A DNA stretch of 64,000 nt, from the NCBI GenBank assembly GCA_025594325.1, contig JANHCV010000009.1, forward strand, positions 620,001 to 684,000, written 5' to 3'. This DNA is from Blastocladiella emersonii ATCC 22665. Lineage: Eukaryota > Fungi > Blastocladiomycota. The position numbers were made by a program, and so were the translations under genes. Below the pieces are notes generated by a model. It had not been told where the DNA came from. It worked only from the letters and a program-made list of their open reading frames with translations, and made no database searches. Positions 36,851-49,460 of this stretch are shown here, one piece after another (positions within the stretch are counted from its first letter, which is position 1; every line of letters begins with the position of its first letter).

Positions 36851-38358
36851 TGTCGGGGTCGATGCGTTCGGTTGCTGGTGCAGGTGGGAATTCGTTGCAG
36901 CTAGTGGCGGCGCTTAGCGGGCCGGATCCGTTGCGGGGTGTGCGATATTGTGGGCGGATGAAGCGGGGGCGACGCGAACTGGGCGCGCCGCGAAAAGTGA
37001 AAACCGCGGATTCGCGATCCCCCCGCCCCCACGTGCTTAGTCGCACCCGCCACGTGCGTGTGAAAACCCGGGCTGGGGAGACGCGTCGCGTGGCCGCGCG
37101 TTCACCCTCATCACTCATCGTGACGTGGCGTCGTCCCCCGATCGCCGACGCGTCGCGTTCGCTGCTGAGCGCGCGCCGCTCATCTTCGAAGCCTGAGACA
37201 GTCGCGGACAGCAGCGTGGGGTGCAGCTCATGGACTTGGCCCGTGGCCTGAACCCGGCCTGGGTCGGGCGGGGCGAGCGGCCTCGTGCTTGTTGCCGACC
37301 TGCCCGGTCGGGCCGCGCGTGTCTCGCACGCCGCTCGCTGGCTGGGAACGCGCCGTCCGGTCCCTGACGCATCAGCGGTCGCATCACGGCCTGCCCTGCA
37401 AGCACGCTCGGCCGGTCGGGCTGCTGTTCGCACGACGGGACCGTGCGTGCTTCGGCCGTGGGACCCGCCGGTCGCCGCCGCGCCTGCTGCCGGCCGGAAC
37501 GACCGCACCTCAGGCGCCGGCCGCACGTCGCGATCGGTGCCGCGCACGCCCTGCCCCGCCCTCGCCCTCGCCGCCGCCGCTGGCCGTGCGCCTGGCCCGA
37601 CCGCGGCACCCCCCCTGATCCCATCACTCGCGCCCATCACTATCCCGCGACGAGGTCGGTGCGCTGTCAGTCATCACTCTCGTCAGCCACCGCGAGCCGT
37701 GAGAAGCGCTTCGCCACGCGCCGCCGTCCCGCGCGAGCGAGCTGGGAGACTTCTTGTCCCGCGCCGCGATCCCCACCTCGCCCGGCCACCGCCGCCACCA
37801 CCGCCGCCGCACCCTCATCCTCGACCTCGCGCCGACGCGAAACAAGCGCGCGCTCGCGCTCGCGCTCGCGGGCTCGTCGTGTCTCCCGCCACGGCCGCAA
37901 GTGGCTCGGCCACGGCCAGCTGCCGTGCAAAAAGTGCATACACCGTGTCCACTTGACCCGGCCTGCCGCCCCCATCGTTGCTGCTTTCGCCTTCCGCCAC
38001 ACACACGCCGCGCGCGCTTGCCTCACGCCCCGTCTGTCTCCCAACCTCGTCATTATCACGCCGCCCGCCTGCTGCGCCGCCTCTCGGCCCGCCCGCTCGT
38101 GCTTCGCTTGCTGACCTCGCTGAGCATCGGAGACCGACCCGCTCTCTCGCATACATCCACTCTAGACTCGCGCGATTGCACCCTTCGCCATCCGTGACGC
38201 CGTCCTCGACGCCCGCGCATCCCCGCCGACCGCGTCTGCATCCGTGTCTCCCGCATCCTCCCCCTCGAAGAACATCCGCGCCGCGACCGACTCGTAGCTC
38301 CCGCCATCATCCGGCCTCGCCTCGCTTGCGCCTCGTAGCCGCAGCAGCCGCCACCACC

Positions 38359-40855
38359 ATGGCCGGCCCGCTCGACCCGCGGCACCTCCCGCCGACGCCC
38401 GACAGCGACGCCGACCAAGTCACGCCGCACGCAATGCCGCTGCACCCGCGGTCCGCCGCCGCCCTGCACTCGCACTACCACCCGGCCGCCGCCATCATCA
38501 CCGCCATGCCTCCCTCCTCGTCGTCGTCGCCGTACCACGCCGCGACCCGATCGCCGCCCACACCCGGACTCGGGTTCGGCCTGGCCATCGACTCGCCCTA
38601 CGACACGCCCGACTACGCCTTCACGCTGCCGCCCATCTCGGCCCACGCCACCTTCCCGAACATCTTCGGCTCGAGCTTCCCGACGCTGCCGCCCCTGCGC
38701 ACCGACGACGTGCTGCCGCCGAGCCCGAGCGCGCTCTCCTTCAACCGCAACTCGACCGACGCCGAGCTCGGGTTCATCTCCACCGACTCGAGTGCTGGGT
38801 CCTCGAGCTCGTCGCTGTTCGGCGCCTACTCGTCGTCGACGCGGTCTGTGACGTCGCGCCGGTCGCGATCCGTCGGGCACCGGCCGCAGTCGCCGAATGG
38901 CGGTAATCCTGCGGTACGCGTCCTGACTATGCTCTTGACCATGACCATGGCCATCGCCAACTCACCTCGCATCCCCGATCCACTCCCTCGCGTGCTCGAT
39001 CTAGGCCCAGGTCCCCGCCGTCTGCTGCGTGTGCCTACAACGCAACGACAAGAAGTGCGCCGAGCCCGAGGCCGCCGGCGAACTGCTCGCGTGCTCGAAC
39101 CCGCGCTGCGACGTGGTCGTCCATCCCGGTACGGCTTCCTTCGCGGCCATGGCCACCGTGACCATCAACTCACCACGTTTCTCGCGTAGATTGCTACAAG
39201 CTCGCCAATTGCACGCCCCGAAACCCCGGCTCGCTGATGCGCAAGTCGCCCGTCAAGAGCCCGCGGGGCTCGCCGGCCAGCGCGTCGCTGTCGCTGTCGT
39301 CGGGCCGCTTCTCGCCCTACAAGTCGCCCGCTGTGCACTCCCGCACCGTCGAGCGCAGCGGCGACTGGCAGTGCGACCGGTGCCGGTCCATTCGCGCGTG
39401 CGACGTGGTACGGTTTCTCGCTGCTCATCCCCTCCATCACGCACGCTGACCCCCTGCTCGCGGACCTGTAGCGCTGCGCGGTGTGCCCGAACTTGCACGG
39501 CGCGCTCAAGCAGATCCCGTGGTCGCCGGGCACCTGGGTCCACGTCGTGTGCTCAAAGTACTTTGACGAGGCCGCCGCGCACGCGGACCGGATGCCGGGT
39601 AGCGGCGGCAGCGCCAGTTGTGCTGGGATCGACCGCGCGGGCCTGCCGCGGCCGCCGAGCTTCCTCCTGCCCGCGAACGCGTCCATGTCGTCGATCCCGC
39701 TCACTGACGCGCGGTCTTCGGTACGCTCGATTGATGGAATTCCTTGGTCGGGTTGCGGCTAACTCGGAGCGGCGACGTGTAGGACCGGTGCTACCTCTGC
39801 TCCCACCCGAGCGCGGCCATCTACGGGTCGCTGCTGGTACGCTCGCTCAACTCGGTCGGTCCCATGGCCCGAAGACTGATCCACGCCGCCGTCTAGTCCT
39901 GCCACGCGCTCGAGTGCCACAACCACTTCCACGCGTCGTGCGCGCACTTTCGCGGCATCCACGCGTCGTCGTGCGACACCATCTACTGCGAGGACCACTG
40001 CCCGCGGAAACCCGTTCACCAGGTACGCCTTGCCACCTCGACGGCGCTCGGCTCCATCTCACACCACCCGATCTCGTAGAGCGCATGGGCGACGTGGTCC
40101 GCCGAACTCGCGCGCCTCTCGCAGAGGCCGCCCGCGATCCAGCTGCCGCGGTCCGAGCCGCCTCAGGTACGCGACTTTCCCGCTCTCTCTACCGCGCGGC
40201 GTGCGCCGCTGACATCTCGCCGTACGTATCCGACCAGTTCATCGCGTGGTGCAAGGACGACGACACCCTCGACGACGTCGACCTGATGATGGGCGCGTCG
40301 CCGGACCTGACGGCCGCCGTCAAGCGCGAGATCCTCGACGCCGAGCCTGGCGCCGTCGCGGTCCCGCAGCCGCCGCCCACCCCGTCATCGGCCCGTCGGA
40401 CTCTCGCCCCGCGCGACATGAGCATCGACGACGACGAGGTGGACTCGGCGCCCGGCAGCGCGTTCGCGTCGAGCGGCGACGACGAAACGAGCGACGGTGC
40501 CCACGTGCACACGCAGACCATCGAGCCCGTCTTCGTGTCGCCATCTACGGGCGGCATCGTCAAGACCAAGCCGCCGCGCGCGGGGATGGTGTTTGTCTCG
40601 GACTCGAGCGCCGACGACTACGACGAGGAAGCCGACGAGTACCGCTACGACCCGACCTCGAAACCTGCGCGCACTACTACGACAACACGGCCGTCGCGCG
40701 CCGCGCCCCGGTCCCGCGCGGCGCGGACGCAGCCCGGCGGCGGAGTCGGGCGCATGGTCGACCACGACTATGACGGCGACGGCGACAATGGCGACCCGCT
40801 GCAGGTCCTCGCGAACCAGGCGCAGCGCAGCCGCGAGCGCATGCAGCCCCTGTAG
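38359..40855 (+). CDS. PHD / extended-PHD (PZP-type) zinc-finger protein, multi-exon, ending at in-frame TAG 40853-40855
   Basis: CCVC...LLACSNPRCDVVVHP, WQCDRC, RCAVCPNLHGALKQ...WVHVVC and CHALECHNHFHASCA...YCEDHC motifs across exons. Confidence 0.75.
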
Positions 40856-42043
40856 GCGCCGACGTCGAGTGCTGCGCGTCTCGCTGCGCCGCCGCCCGGC
40901 GCCGTCCCCGGGGTGTTCGTCCCGCCGCCACCGCCGACCCACATGCCGGACACCAACATGTACGACATGCTCGGGCCCGGCCTCGTGTCGCCCTCGCATA
41001 CCGCAGCGCTCGAGGCCCCGCCCCGGTCCCCGGCGGCGCCGGCGCCTATGACCGCCGCGGCGCTGCTCGGCCACAGCAGCAGTTCCCCACCCTCGTCCCC
41101 CACTTCGCCCGCGACGTCGGTCGCGCTGGGCCCGCACGAGTCGTACACGCTGTCGGACTTTGACGCGCCGGGTCGGCAGCCGCTGTGGCTGTCGCGCCGG
41201 GTCGAGGATTTCGCGGACGTGGTGGCGGCGCACGAGGCGGCGGCCGGGCCCGACAACGCGCGCGACGAGGCGGACCGGATCCGCGGGCCCGACGACCTGT
41301 ACTGGACACGTTGCGCAATTCGGGCCTCCCCCCGAATTCTGAAAGGCTGGGCGCGTCACGCGACGCGCCGAACCGCAACGCAAGCGACCTGCCACGCCTC
41401 TCGACGAGCGCTGCACTCGCGACTCCCTGCAACGCGAGGGCCGAACTCTCAGGCCTCGCTTCCACGCGTCGGCCGCGTTCCGCGAGCGGCGACATGGGTG
41501 GCAGGTCGCGGCGGCGCCCGCAAGCTGGCAGCGGCGCAGGTCGCGTGGACGCGCCAGCCTTTCAGGATTCGGGGGGAGGCCCGAATTGCGCAACGTGTCC
41601 ACTCGCCGCGGTGGACGCGCGGGAAAGGCGCGGATAAGGTCGCCCTGTGCCGGCTGTGTCCGCCCGAGCCCGGGTTCTGGCGCAAGTTGCGGTGTTCGCA
41701 GTTCTGGTTCCATGTACGACGCGTGGACCGTCTCGTCGGCGACGTTTACTGACATCCCCCAAACTTGTAGCTCCAGTACCACCACGACGTCTGCGCCGTG
41801 ACGGGCCGGCCGTACCGGGCGCCGCTCAAGTACCGGCATACGGAGGTGCGGACGCGCGAGGTGCGTCCGCCCGGGTACGTGCCGACGGCGGGCAGCGGCA
41901 ACCGGCTCGTGCGCGAGGGCTGGTGCGCCGACTGCAACGACTGGGTCGCGCTCGACTCGGTGCGCAACGGGCCCATGAAGGCGGCCGAGATCCTCTGGTT
42001 CAAGCACGCCAAGGATTGTCAGAAGGGGACGGGCGGCGCTTAA
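40856..42043 (+). pseudogene. In-frame continuation encoding a DUF4451/Rua1-C-type Cys/His domain, behind a stop and interrupted by a MITE
   Basis: With the MITE removed it reads DLYSPRWTRGKGADKVALCRLC...FWFH|YHHDVCAVTGRPY...EGWCADC...WFKHAKDC, the DUF4451 pattern; same frame as the upstream PZP exon. Confidence 0.65.
41304..41600. mobile_element. 297-bp MITE with ~50-bp TIRs and 3-bp TSD ACT (PIF/Harbinger-like by TSD length and GG ends)
   Basis: GGACACGTTGCGCAATTCGGGCCTCCCCCCGAAT.CTGAAAGGCTGG at the left end and its reverse complement ending at 41600; ACT at 41301-41303 and 41601-41603. Confidence 0.9.
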
Positions 42044-42136
42044 TGGGTTGTGTATTGACTGTGCAAGGACGATGGGATGGTGTTGAGTGGAGGATGACGA
42101 AAGTAAATCGTTTGTTTGACTCGTCGTCGTCGTCGA

Positions 42137-44280
42137 TCATGCGTTGCGGTCCTGCGGGCGGCTACACACGGGGCGGGTCGTGGCCATGGTCAGCGTCCGT
42201 GGTCGGTGGCCACGGCGCGGAGCGGGAGTGAAACGTACAGGTACGGGATGCCAAGCGCGGCAAAGATCTCCTCTTCGCTCGAGCACGCGATGCGGGTACC
42301 CTCGGTGAGCTTCTCGCCCTACATGACACGCGCGACGAGTTGGTCAGTCAGATCGCGGCGGGCCCAGCGGCACCACTGCGGCGCACGCACCTTGTACCGG
42401 ATCACGTCCTTGTACAGCCCGTGGTGGTTGAGCGACATGCCCTTGCGGCTGGCGAGCAGCCGCATCGACCGGTTGAACAGGTCGCTGCCCGTGAAGTACA
42501 GCAGCGCGGCGCCGCGCTCTTCCCACGGCACCCAGAGCAGGTCGAGGCGGCGTGCGCGCGCACCGGGGCGCGGCAGCCGCGCGATGCCCATGAACTTTTC
42601 GTCGACGTGCGCGGCCTCGACCAGGTCCTCGATGATCACGCCCGCGCACGTCAGCTGGTTCACGATCAGCGAGAGCAGCGGGACGCGCGAGCGCGGCGGG
42701 TTCGGGTGCGAGCTAGAGTTGGGATCGCGTCAGCGGCAGGCGGGTCGCGCGAGAGAGTGAGAGAAAAACGTACAGCAGGACGTCGACGTCGCCTGACGAC
42801 GCGGCGCCGCGGCGGTAGCTGCCCATGCACACGGCCTCGATCCCGGGTACGACGGCGCGGGCGACCTCGAGGACCGCCATGTAGAGGTCGTGGACCTCGT
42901 CGCGCGGGATGCGCAGCTGGAGGTCGTCGTAGTACTTGACGCCAATCTTCTGGACGCGCGACAGGACCCCGAGGTCGTCGCGGCGCGCGTCGTCGAGCGT
43001 GCGGTACCCCTTGGCGTACCACTTGCGCGCCGTCTGCGGTCCGACGCCGTGGATCTTGGCGAACAGGAGCATTGTGTCCTCCCACTCCGGTTTCGTCGCA
43101 AACACCGCGTCGCACGTGCCCGTCTGGCAGATCTGGTCGATCTTGGCCAGGAGTTTCTCGCCGACGCCGTTCACCTTGAGCTTGGTCGCCTTGAGCTGGT
43201 CGGCCGAGGTCACGCGGAAGTCGAGCCGCTTCAGCGCCGTGATCGCCTTGCGGTACTGGATCGCCCGGAACGTGTCCTCGCGCCGGTTCGACATCTCGTG
43301 CCGCTGCTGCAGGATATCGAAGACGGACGTGATGTGCTTGTTGCGGTTGCGCGGACGCGTCGACGACGGCGCCATGCACTGCCAGTGGCTCTTGGGCACC
43401 GCCTGCTGCGCCGCCGCGAGCGTCACGGGCGTCACGGCGTCGGCGGAGCCGGGCGCGGGCGCGGCGGAATCGGTGAGGGTCGACGAGGCGAGCGCGTCGG
43501 CCAGGCGCTCGGCCAGGTCGTCGTCCTCGCTGTCGTCGTCTACATGACGGCGCGCAAGGTGGGTGAGCCGGGACACAGTGCGCGGTTGGCGAGGGAGGAA
43601 GCGTACGATGCGAAGCATCGCCATCCTCCTCGTCGCCATCGGCCGTCATGTCGACCGTCTCGACCACGGGCTGCGCGGCGGGTACCGCGGGGGCCGGGCT
43701 CGGCTTGGCCACGGGTACCGATGGCACAGGCGCCGCCGCGGCGGGCGGCTTCATGGTGGCCTTGCCCTTGCCCTTGGCCGCGGGCGCGGCCGGCAGCGCA
43801 ATCTTGATCTCGTAGTCCTCGATGGGCATCAGGCGGCACTTCTACACTCACGCGCACACCGCGTCAGCTCTCACCCTCGCCGTCGCAGCGACCCGAGAAC
43901 CCCGTCCGTACCGTGACGCTCTTGGCGACCCACTCGAGCTTGACACACTTCTTGGTCGCCTGCACGGCACCCTGGTCAGCTCCACCCTCACCTCCCATCC
44001 CCCTCAACGCACATACCCATCGGCTGTCCGTCGGCGACCACTCGCTCTCCTCAAGAATCGCGTCGCGCGCGAGCCCCGTGACGACGATCCCGGCGAGGCT
44101 CGCGTGGTTGACGAGCTTGCCCGCGCGCTCGGATATCGCCTTGCGCATCACCTGGGCGTGCGCCGGCGACAGGCCCTTTGACAGAACGTGGATCGGGCCG
44201 GCGGTCGCGAACACGCGCGGTAGCGCGGTGGGCGGCGAGGCGCGCCGCGTGGTGCTGCGCGCGGGTTGCGTGCGTGGCAT
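42137..44280 (-). CDS. POL4: DNA polymerase family X (Pol lambda/Pol4-like) with N-terminal BRCT, multi-exon
   Basis: YRKAITALK, GVGEK, FAKIHGVGPQTA.KWY..GYRTL, GSYRRG..SSGDVDVLL, RRLDL..ALLYFTGS..FNRSMR, C-terminal PYL|RPQDRN. Confidence 0.93.
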
Positions 44281-44621
44281 GGTTTCTTTACGTAGTTGGT
44301 GAGGGAGAGGGGAGAGTGCATGCGGCGGCTTGCGAGGGCGAGGGACGAGCTGGGAGTCACGCAAACCGGCCGCCGCTCCTGAGACGCGTCTCGGGCGTGC
44401 GTGCGGCGCCGCCGCCAGGTGTGAGTCGACGTTCGCGCTTCGAGCGAGAAAGGCAAGTGCAGCGAACGAAGGGGAAGGCCAGTTTACATTTCTCAACCAA
44501 CAGGGGGGACAGCTCATGTACAACAACGACAACTCAGTTCAAGCGCACGAACGGCCAATGCCGTCTACCCGAGCTGGATCGTCGAGCGGCCGCCGGGCGA
44601 GCGCCTACACGCGGGAGAAGG

Positions 44622-46680
44622 TCAGTCTGTTGCGTCCACACCACCACTCTCCGCAACCGAAACGTACTTGCTCGACCCCGCGGGCCGGCGGTCCGTCTGC
44701 GTGGGCGTGACGGCGACCCACTTGGGCACGGGCGGGGGCATGCCGACGTTCCCGCCGTCGTCGCCGAACGTGAAGGCCGAGTTGGTCACCTTGTGCTCGG
44801 CGTACCCGCGGCGCGTTGGCGACACGGGGGCGGGCGGGTCGGCGTCGAAGACGGACGACTTCATGTGGTGCTTCTGCGGCGACGCCGGGCGCGCCGCCGG
44901 CTCGTTGTTGGACCCGAACGCGATCTGCGACACCATGTGGTTGCGGCGAACCGCGCGCTGCGGCGACTGGTCGTTGACCGACTCGTCGCTGCCGCCGCCG
45001 AAGACGGTGCTCTTGAGGTCCGGCTTGGGCTTGGCGGGCGACACGGGCGCGGGCTTGTCGAGCGTCGTGTCCATGTCGGAGCGCGGCGGCCGCTTCGGGC
45101 TTGACGCGCGCCGCTCCTGGTCGGCGGCCTCGAGCGAGTCGGTCGACTTGAGCGCCGGGTTCGCCTTCTTGCCGTGGCCCGGCATCCAGTCGGCCTCGGC
45201 CTCGGGCGCCCCGATCGTCGTGCGCAGCTCCGGGTTCGGCCGCAGGGACTTTTTCGGCTCGGGCGCGTGGATCGTGTCGGCGAGGTGCCGCGGCACGGGT
45301 TTCGGCGCGGGACCCATGTCCTCGTTCCCGTCGCGGTACTTGCCGACCGTCGGCGCCTCGCCCGCGCCGTTCACGGGCGGCGTGTACGCGCCGCCGTGGA
45401 AGTGCGACCGCAGGTGCGGCGGGACTTCCTTGCTCGGCGACCCCGCGCGACCGCGCTCGCTCGTCGGCGTCGCGGTCCCCGAGCTCGCGCTGTCGCCGAG
45501 CCGCACCGTCGTCTCGAGGTGCGTGGGCAGCGCGCCGCCGCCACCGCGCGACACCGCGTACTCGGCGTCGTCGGCCTCGTCGCCGAAGATGACGTTGCCG
45601 CCGTGGTGCTGCGGGTCGTGGACGCGCGGGATCGGCGCGTCGCCCGTGAGCGGGTCGTACACGGACCGGTTGGCCGAGCTGGCGCCCGTGAACCGGGTGG
45701 GCGCGGTCGAGTTGCTCGCGGTGGCGGGCGACGGCATGGGCGACGGCGAGCGCGACCGCTGCTGCTGACCGTCGTCCGACGGGAAGATGGAGTTGTGGGT
45801 GGCAAACTTCTTGGGGTTGATGGCCATGCCCGCGAAGGCGTTCTTGGGCAGCTCCACGTCCTCGAAGACGTGCGACTGCTTGTCGGTGCGGGTCGCGTCC
45901 GTCAGGCGCACGGCGGGGCGCACGGGCGACGGCGTCGAGGTGCCCGACAGCAGCGACGACATGACGCTGTCGTCGCTCGCCGTCTTGACCATGGGGCCCT
46001 GGTCCTCGAGCCGCAGCGCAAACTGGTTGAAGGGCACGTCCATCTCGCCCGAAAACAGCTTGGCGTGCGCGGTCCCGACGACCGGCAGGATGTAGTCGTG
46101 GTGGAACCCGTACGTCAGCGGGTTGCCCGCTGGCTGGATCAGGCCGAGCTGCTTGAGCAGGCTGCCCTGGTCCTACGTTTCGCGCGGAAGCGCGGGTTCG
46201 GGTGAGCGATGCGGGCCGAATGCGCGAATGAGCGAAGAACCGTACCCAGTAGATACGCTTACCGAGAATCACGCCCTGCGCCGTGGCCATGGTTGTGACG
46301 GTGGTCATGAGCACCGAGGCCGTCTTGATGAGCCCGCGCGCCGCGAGCTTGACGCCGGGCAGGATCCACTGCAGCTGGTCCTCTTTCCCCTCCTGCAGCG
46401 TGATCTCGACGACCGCCTCCTCGACGACTGACGTCTCGGCGTAGTGCGTCTGCAGCACGCGGCGCACGGCGGCGAGCCCCGAGCTCTCGCTCGGCCACAG
46501 GTACTTGCGGTGGAACTTGCGGTACTCGTCGAGCCCCTGCGCGCCCGCACACGTCGGCAGCAGCAGCGCGCTGAACTGGTCGTCGTACAGGGCCCAGTTC
46601 TGCGCGTCGGCCTTGTGCGCCGCCCACAGCTTCTTGACGGCGGCGAGCCCCGTGCCGTTGCGCGTCGGGGATACGGCCAT
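44622..46680 (-). CDS. NTF2/SnoaL-like domain protein with long disordered C-terminus, one intron at about 46175-46260
   Basis: SVVEE.V.EIT...QWILPG...|DQGSLLKQLGL resembles fungal SnoaL-like domains (W.LPG...WDQASVL.QLGL). Confidence 0.6.
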
Positions 46681-47340
46681 GGCGGTGGTGGTGGAAGTTG
46701 GTGGAGGTTTACTCGGTGGTGCAGGTGATCTGGAGGAGCGCGAGTACGCCGTGCTTCATGATCTTCGTGTGAGCGGGATCCGCCGTCGCGTCTCGCACTC
46801 GCGACCGAGGAGACAGGGACGGCGCCGGTGCGAGACGGAGACACGGCGGCCAGCCCGACGCGTGCCTCGCGCAGCGAAAACCCGGTCATGTGACGTGAGC
46901 GACGCGTCCGTGAAACGCGTTTTGCGCGCGCGGCGAGTGACTCGGCAGTTTTCCCGGCAGCCGGCTCGAGTGCGCAGGCCGATCTGCGGCGCCGCACTGA
47001 TGAGGGAACCGCGGGCCACCTGGCCGCAGAGATGAGCGTCGCGGCCGAAAAGGGCAGGCGCGGTGGCGCGCCGCGGTCTCAGGTCCATCTGCTCCGCTCG
47101 CTGACGTGGCTGGCACCGGGCGGACAGTCAGGCCGGGTGTGTGTGCGTCAATGGCTCGCTCGGCCGGTGCTGCCCTGCCCGCTCGCCCGCCCTGCCCTCG
47201 CACCGCCGCCGCGGCCACCGACCCACGAGCATAAGACCGACGGCCGCCCTCGCCCTTCTCCCCTCTTGCTCGCCGTGAATCCTCACGCATCCACCCCCAC
47301 CCTACCCCCCGAAACCACCACACACGCACACATCACCACC

Positions 47341-49460
47341 ATGTCGTCGACCAAGAAGCCCGAGACGGCCGAGACCAACATCACGATCCGCACCGAGGCC
47401 GAGGCGGTGACGGGCACGCCGCCCGCACCGGGCACGTCGCTGTCCACGGCCGAGGGCGTGACGCCGTCGGCGGCGTCCATGTCGGCCATGGCGCCCACCG
47501 TCGAGTCGTGGGCCCGCGACACGGTCGGCCAGGCGCTGGCGTCGGCGGACCTGCCGTCGACTGAGACGCGTACGTTTTCTCCTCATCGACGCTGCCGCTC
47601 GCGCGGCCTCCCGCTCGTGCACGCGCACCACCGCCGCCTGTGATCCCATCTCTGATCACCCTCCCCCCTTTCGCGCGCGTCCGTAGTCACGTCGGCGCTG
47701 TCGGCGGCGCGCACGTCCGAGGCGCTCGAGCAGGTCAAGTCGGTGCCGCTGTCGGAGACGGGCCAGAAGATCGTGGCGCACACGGAGCAGCTGCTGGCGT
47801 CGGCCGAGACGCTGCTCGAGCAGAAGAACGCGCACGACGAGGTGCAGGAGATGCTGCGCCACGGCGCGCTCGCCGCGCAGCGCGTCCGCGGTACGCTTCA
47901 CCCTCGCCCTCGCGTCGAGTCGCGGACCGCGATCACTCACACGCGCGCTCCCCCTGAACAGACGCGAGCAACATCTCCAAGGACATTGCCGAGACGTTCG
48001 GCGAGGAGGGCGAGAAGGTGACGTCGACGACGCAGGACGTGATGCGCCGCATGTTCGACGTGACGCGCCTGCTCGTGTCGACGGCCGAGTACCGCGGCCT
48101 GCTGCAGGAGGTGGCGTCGCTCGCCGCCGACTGGATCCAGAACATCGGGCTCGCGCAGGTGCACGCGGTCGCGGGCGCCGAGGACATGGCCGAGCAGGAG
48201 ACGGACGAGGCGGCGCAGGCGCGCCACAAGCTGGCCGACTCGATGGCGCACCTGTCGCAGTCGTTCCAGGGGATCGTGGCCAAGCTGCAGGCGAATGCAG
48301 ACCTGCGCGCGGGCGTGTCGGACCTGGTGTCGCTGTTCGCATCGCTGCGCGACCGCGCGCTCGGCCTGGTGCGCGAGCAGGCGGCCGAGACGGTCGAGGA
48401 CGCGGAGATCCGCGCGCACGCGCAAGTGGCGGCCGACAAGGCGCAGCAGCTGATCGAGAACTTTGGCGGCAGCCTCGAGCCCGTGCAGCGCGCGCTCGAC
48501 ACGCTCAACTCCGCGCTGGCGGCCAAGAAGCCCGAGGTGGACGCGCTCGTGGCCCGCGTGCAGCAGCTCGTGGCGAGCCCGACGGACCAGGAGCTGGCGC
48601 GCGGCGTGTACGGCGACGCGCTCGGCATGGTGCAGGGCGACCGCGAGGTGCGCGGCGCGCTGGCGCAGCTCGCGTCGGCCGGCCAGGAGTTCCTCGCGTC
48701 GCTGCGCGACGACCGCGAGGTGCGCGACGTGTCGAGCTCGCTGTCGACGCTCATGCACGACGTGTTCCTGGACGCGCAGGGCAAGCCCGAGCTCAAGGCC
48801 GAGCTGCTCGAGGACGTGCGCCGGCTGCTGCCGCTGGTGGTGCAGAACCTCGCGGTGCTGCCCGTGGCGCGCATCGACGTGTCGACGGATGAGGTGGACG
48901 TGATCCTCGATAACGTGACGCTGGCGGCGACGATCCTGCCCAAGGACGTGGCGATCAAGACGGAGACGCACCTGGCCATGGACGTGGCCGCGGCGGGGTC
49001 GGGTACGGCGGCGTCGAGCACGGTGCAGGTCGAGCTGCGCAACGTGCAGCTGCACGCGCCCAACCTCGTCTTCTACTACTACAAGAAGACGTTCCCGTCG
49101 TTTGCCGACGTCGGGATCGCGGACGTGTCGATTGCGCGGCGCGGGCTCGACGTGGACCTGGTGGTGCGGCCGTCGGCGGACGCGGCGCGGCTGCTCGACG
49201 TGGTGCGCACCGAGGCGCGCGTGAACGACCTCGACCTGGACGTGAAGAAGGCGCGCCATAATTGGCTGTATGCTGTGCTGTCGCCCGTGGTGCGCCGCAT
49301 CGTGGCGGCGCGCATCGAGGCGGCGATTGCCGAGTCGCTGGGCGCGGCCGTCGAGCGCCTCGACAAGGCGGTCGAGTCGGCCGTGGCGGCCTCGGGCAAG
49401 GCGGCCTCGGCGCTGTCGGCGTCGGCCGTGGCGCAGTCGCTGCTCAAGTCCGAGGAATAG
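47341..49460 (+). CDS. HAM1-like protein (DUF5923/DUF4449, TULIP/BPI-like lipid-binding fold), two introns
   Basis: DVFLDAQGKP..K.ELL.D....LP...LPV.RI....D..LDN, FYYYKKTFPSFAD.G.AD and KKARHNWLY.V..P motifs of the fungal DUF4449 family. Confidence 0.7.

Noticed and set aside
41304-41600. Introner (self-splicing-site TE intron)
   Set aside because: The GT at 41310 with the AG at 41565 would leave a 44-nt remnant that shifts the frame, and no AG lies at the right terminus.
44380-44395. MCB-like ACGCGT box upstream of the polymerase X gene
   Set aside because: ACGCGT is frequent by chance in this CpG-rich sequence; no enrichment can be shown by eye.
2404-48903. Numerous long R/A/P/G-rich ORFs (e.g. 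3244-4962, 18830-20656, 31050-33260, 32225-34066, 44668-45768, 47937-49259)
   Set aside because: They are antisense or shifted-frame shadows of GC3-rich real genes; stops are rare at this GC content and no motifs are recognisable.
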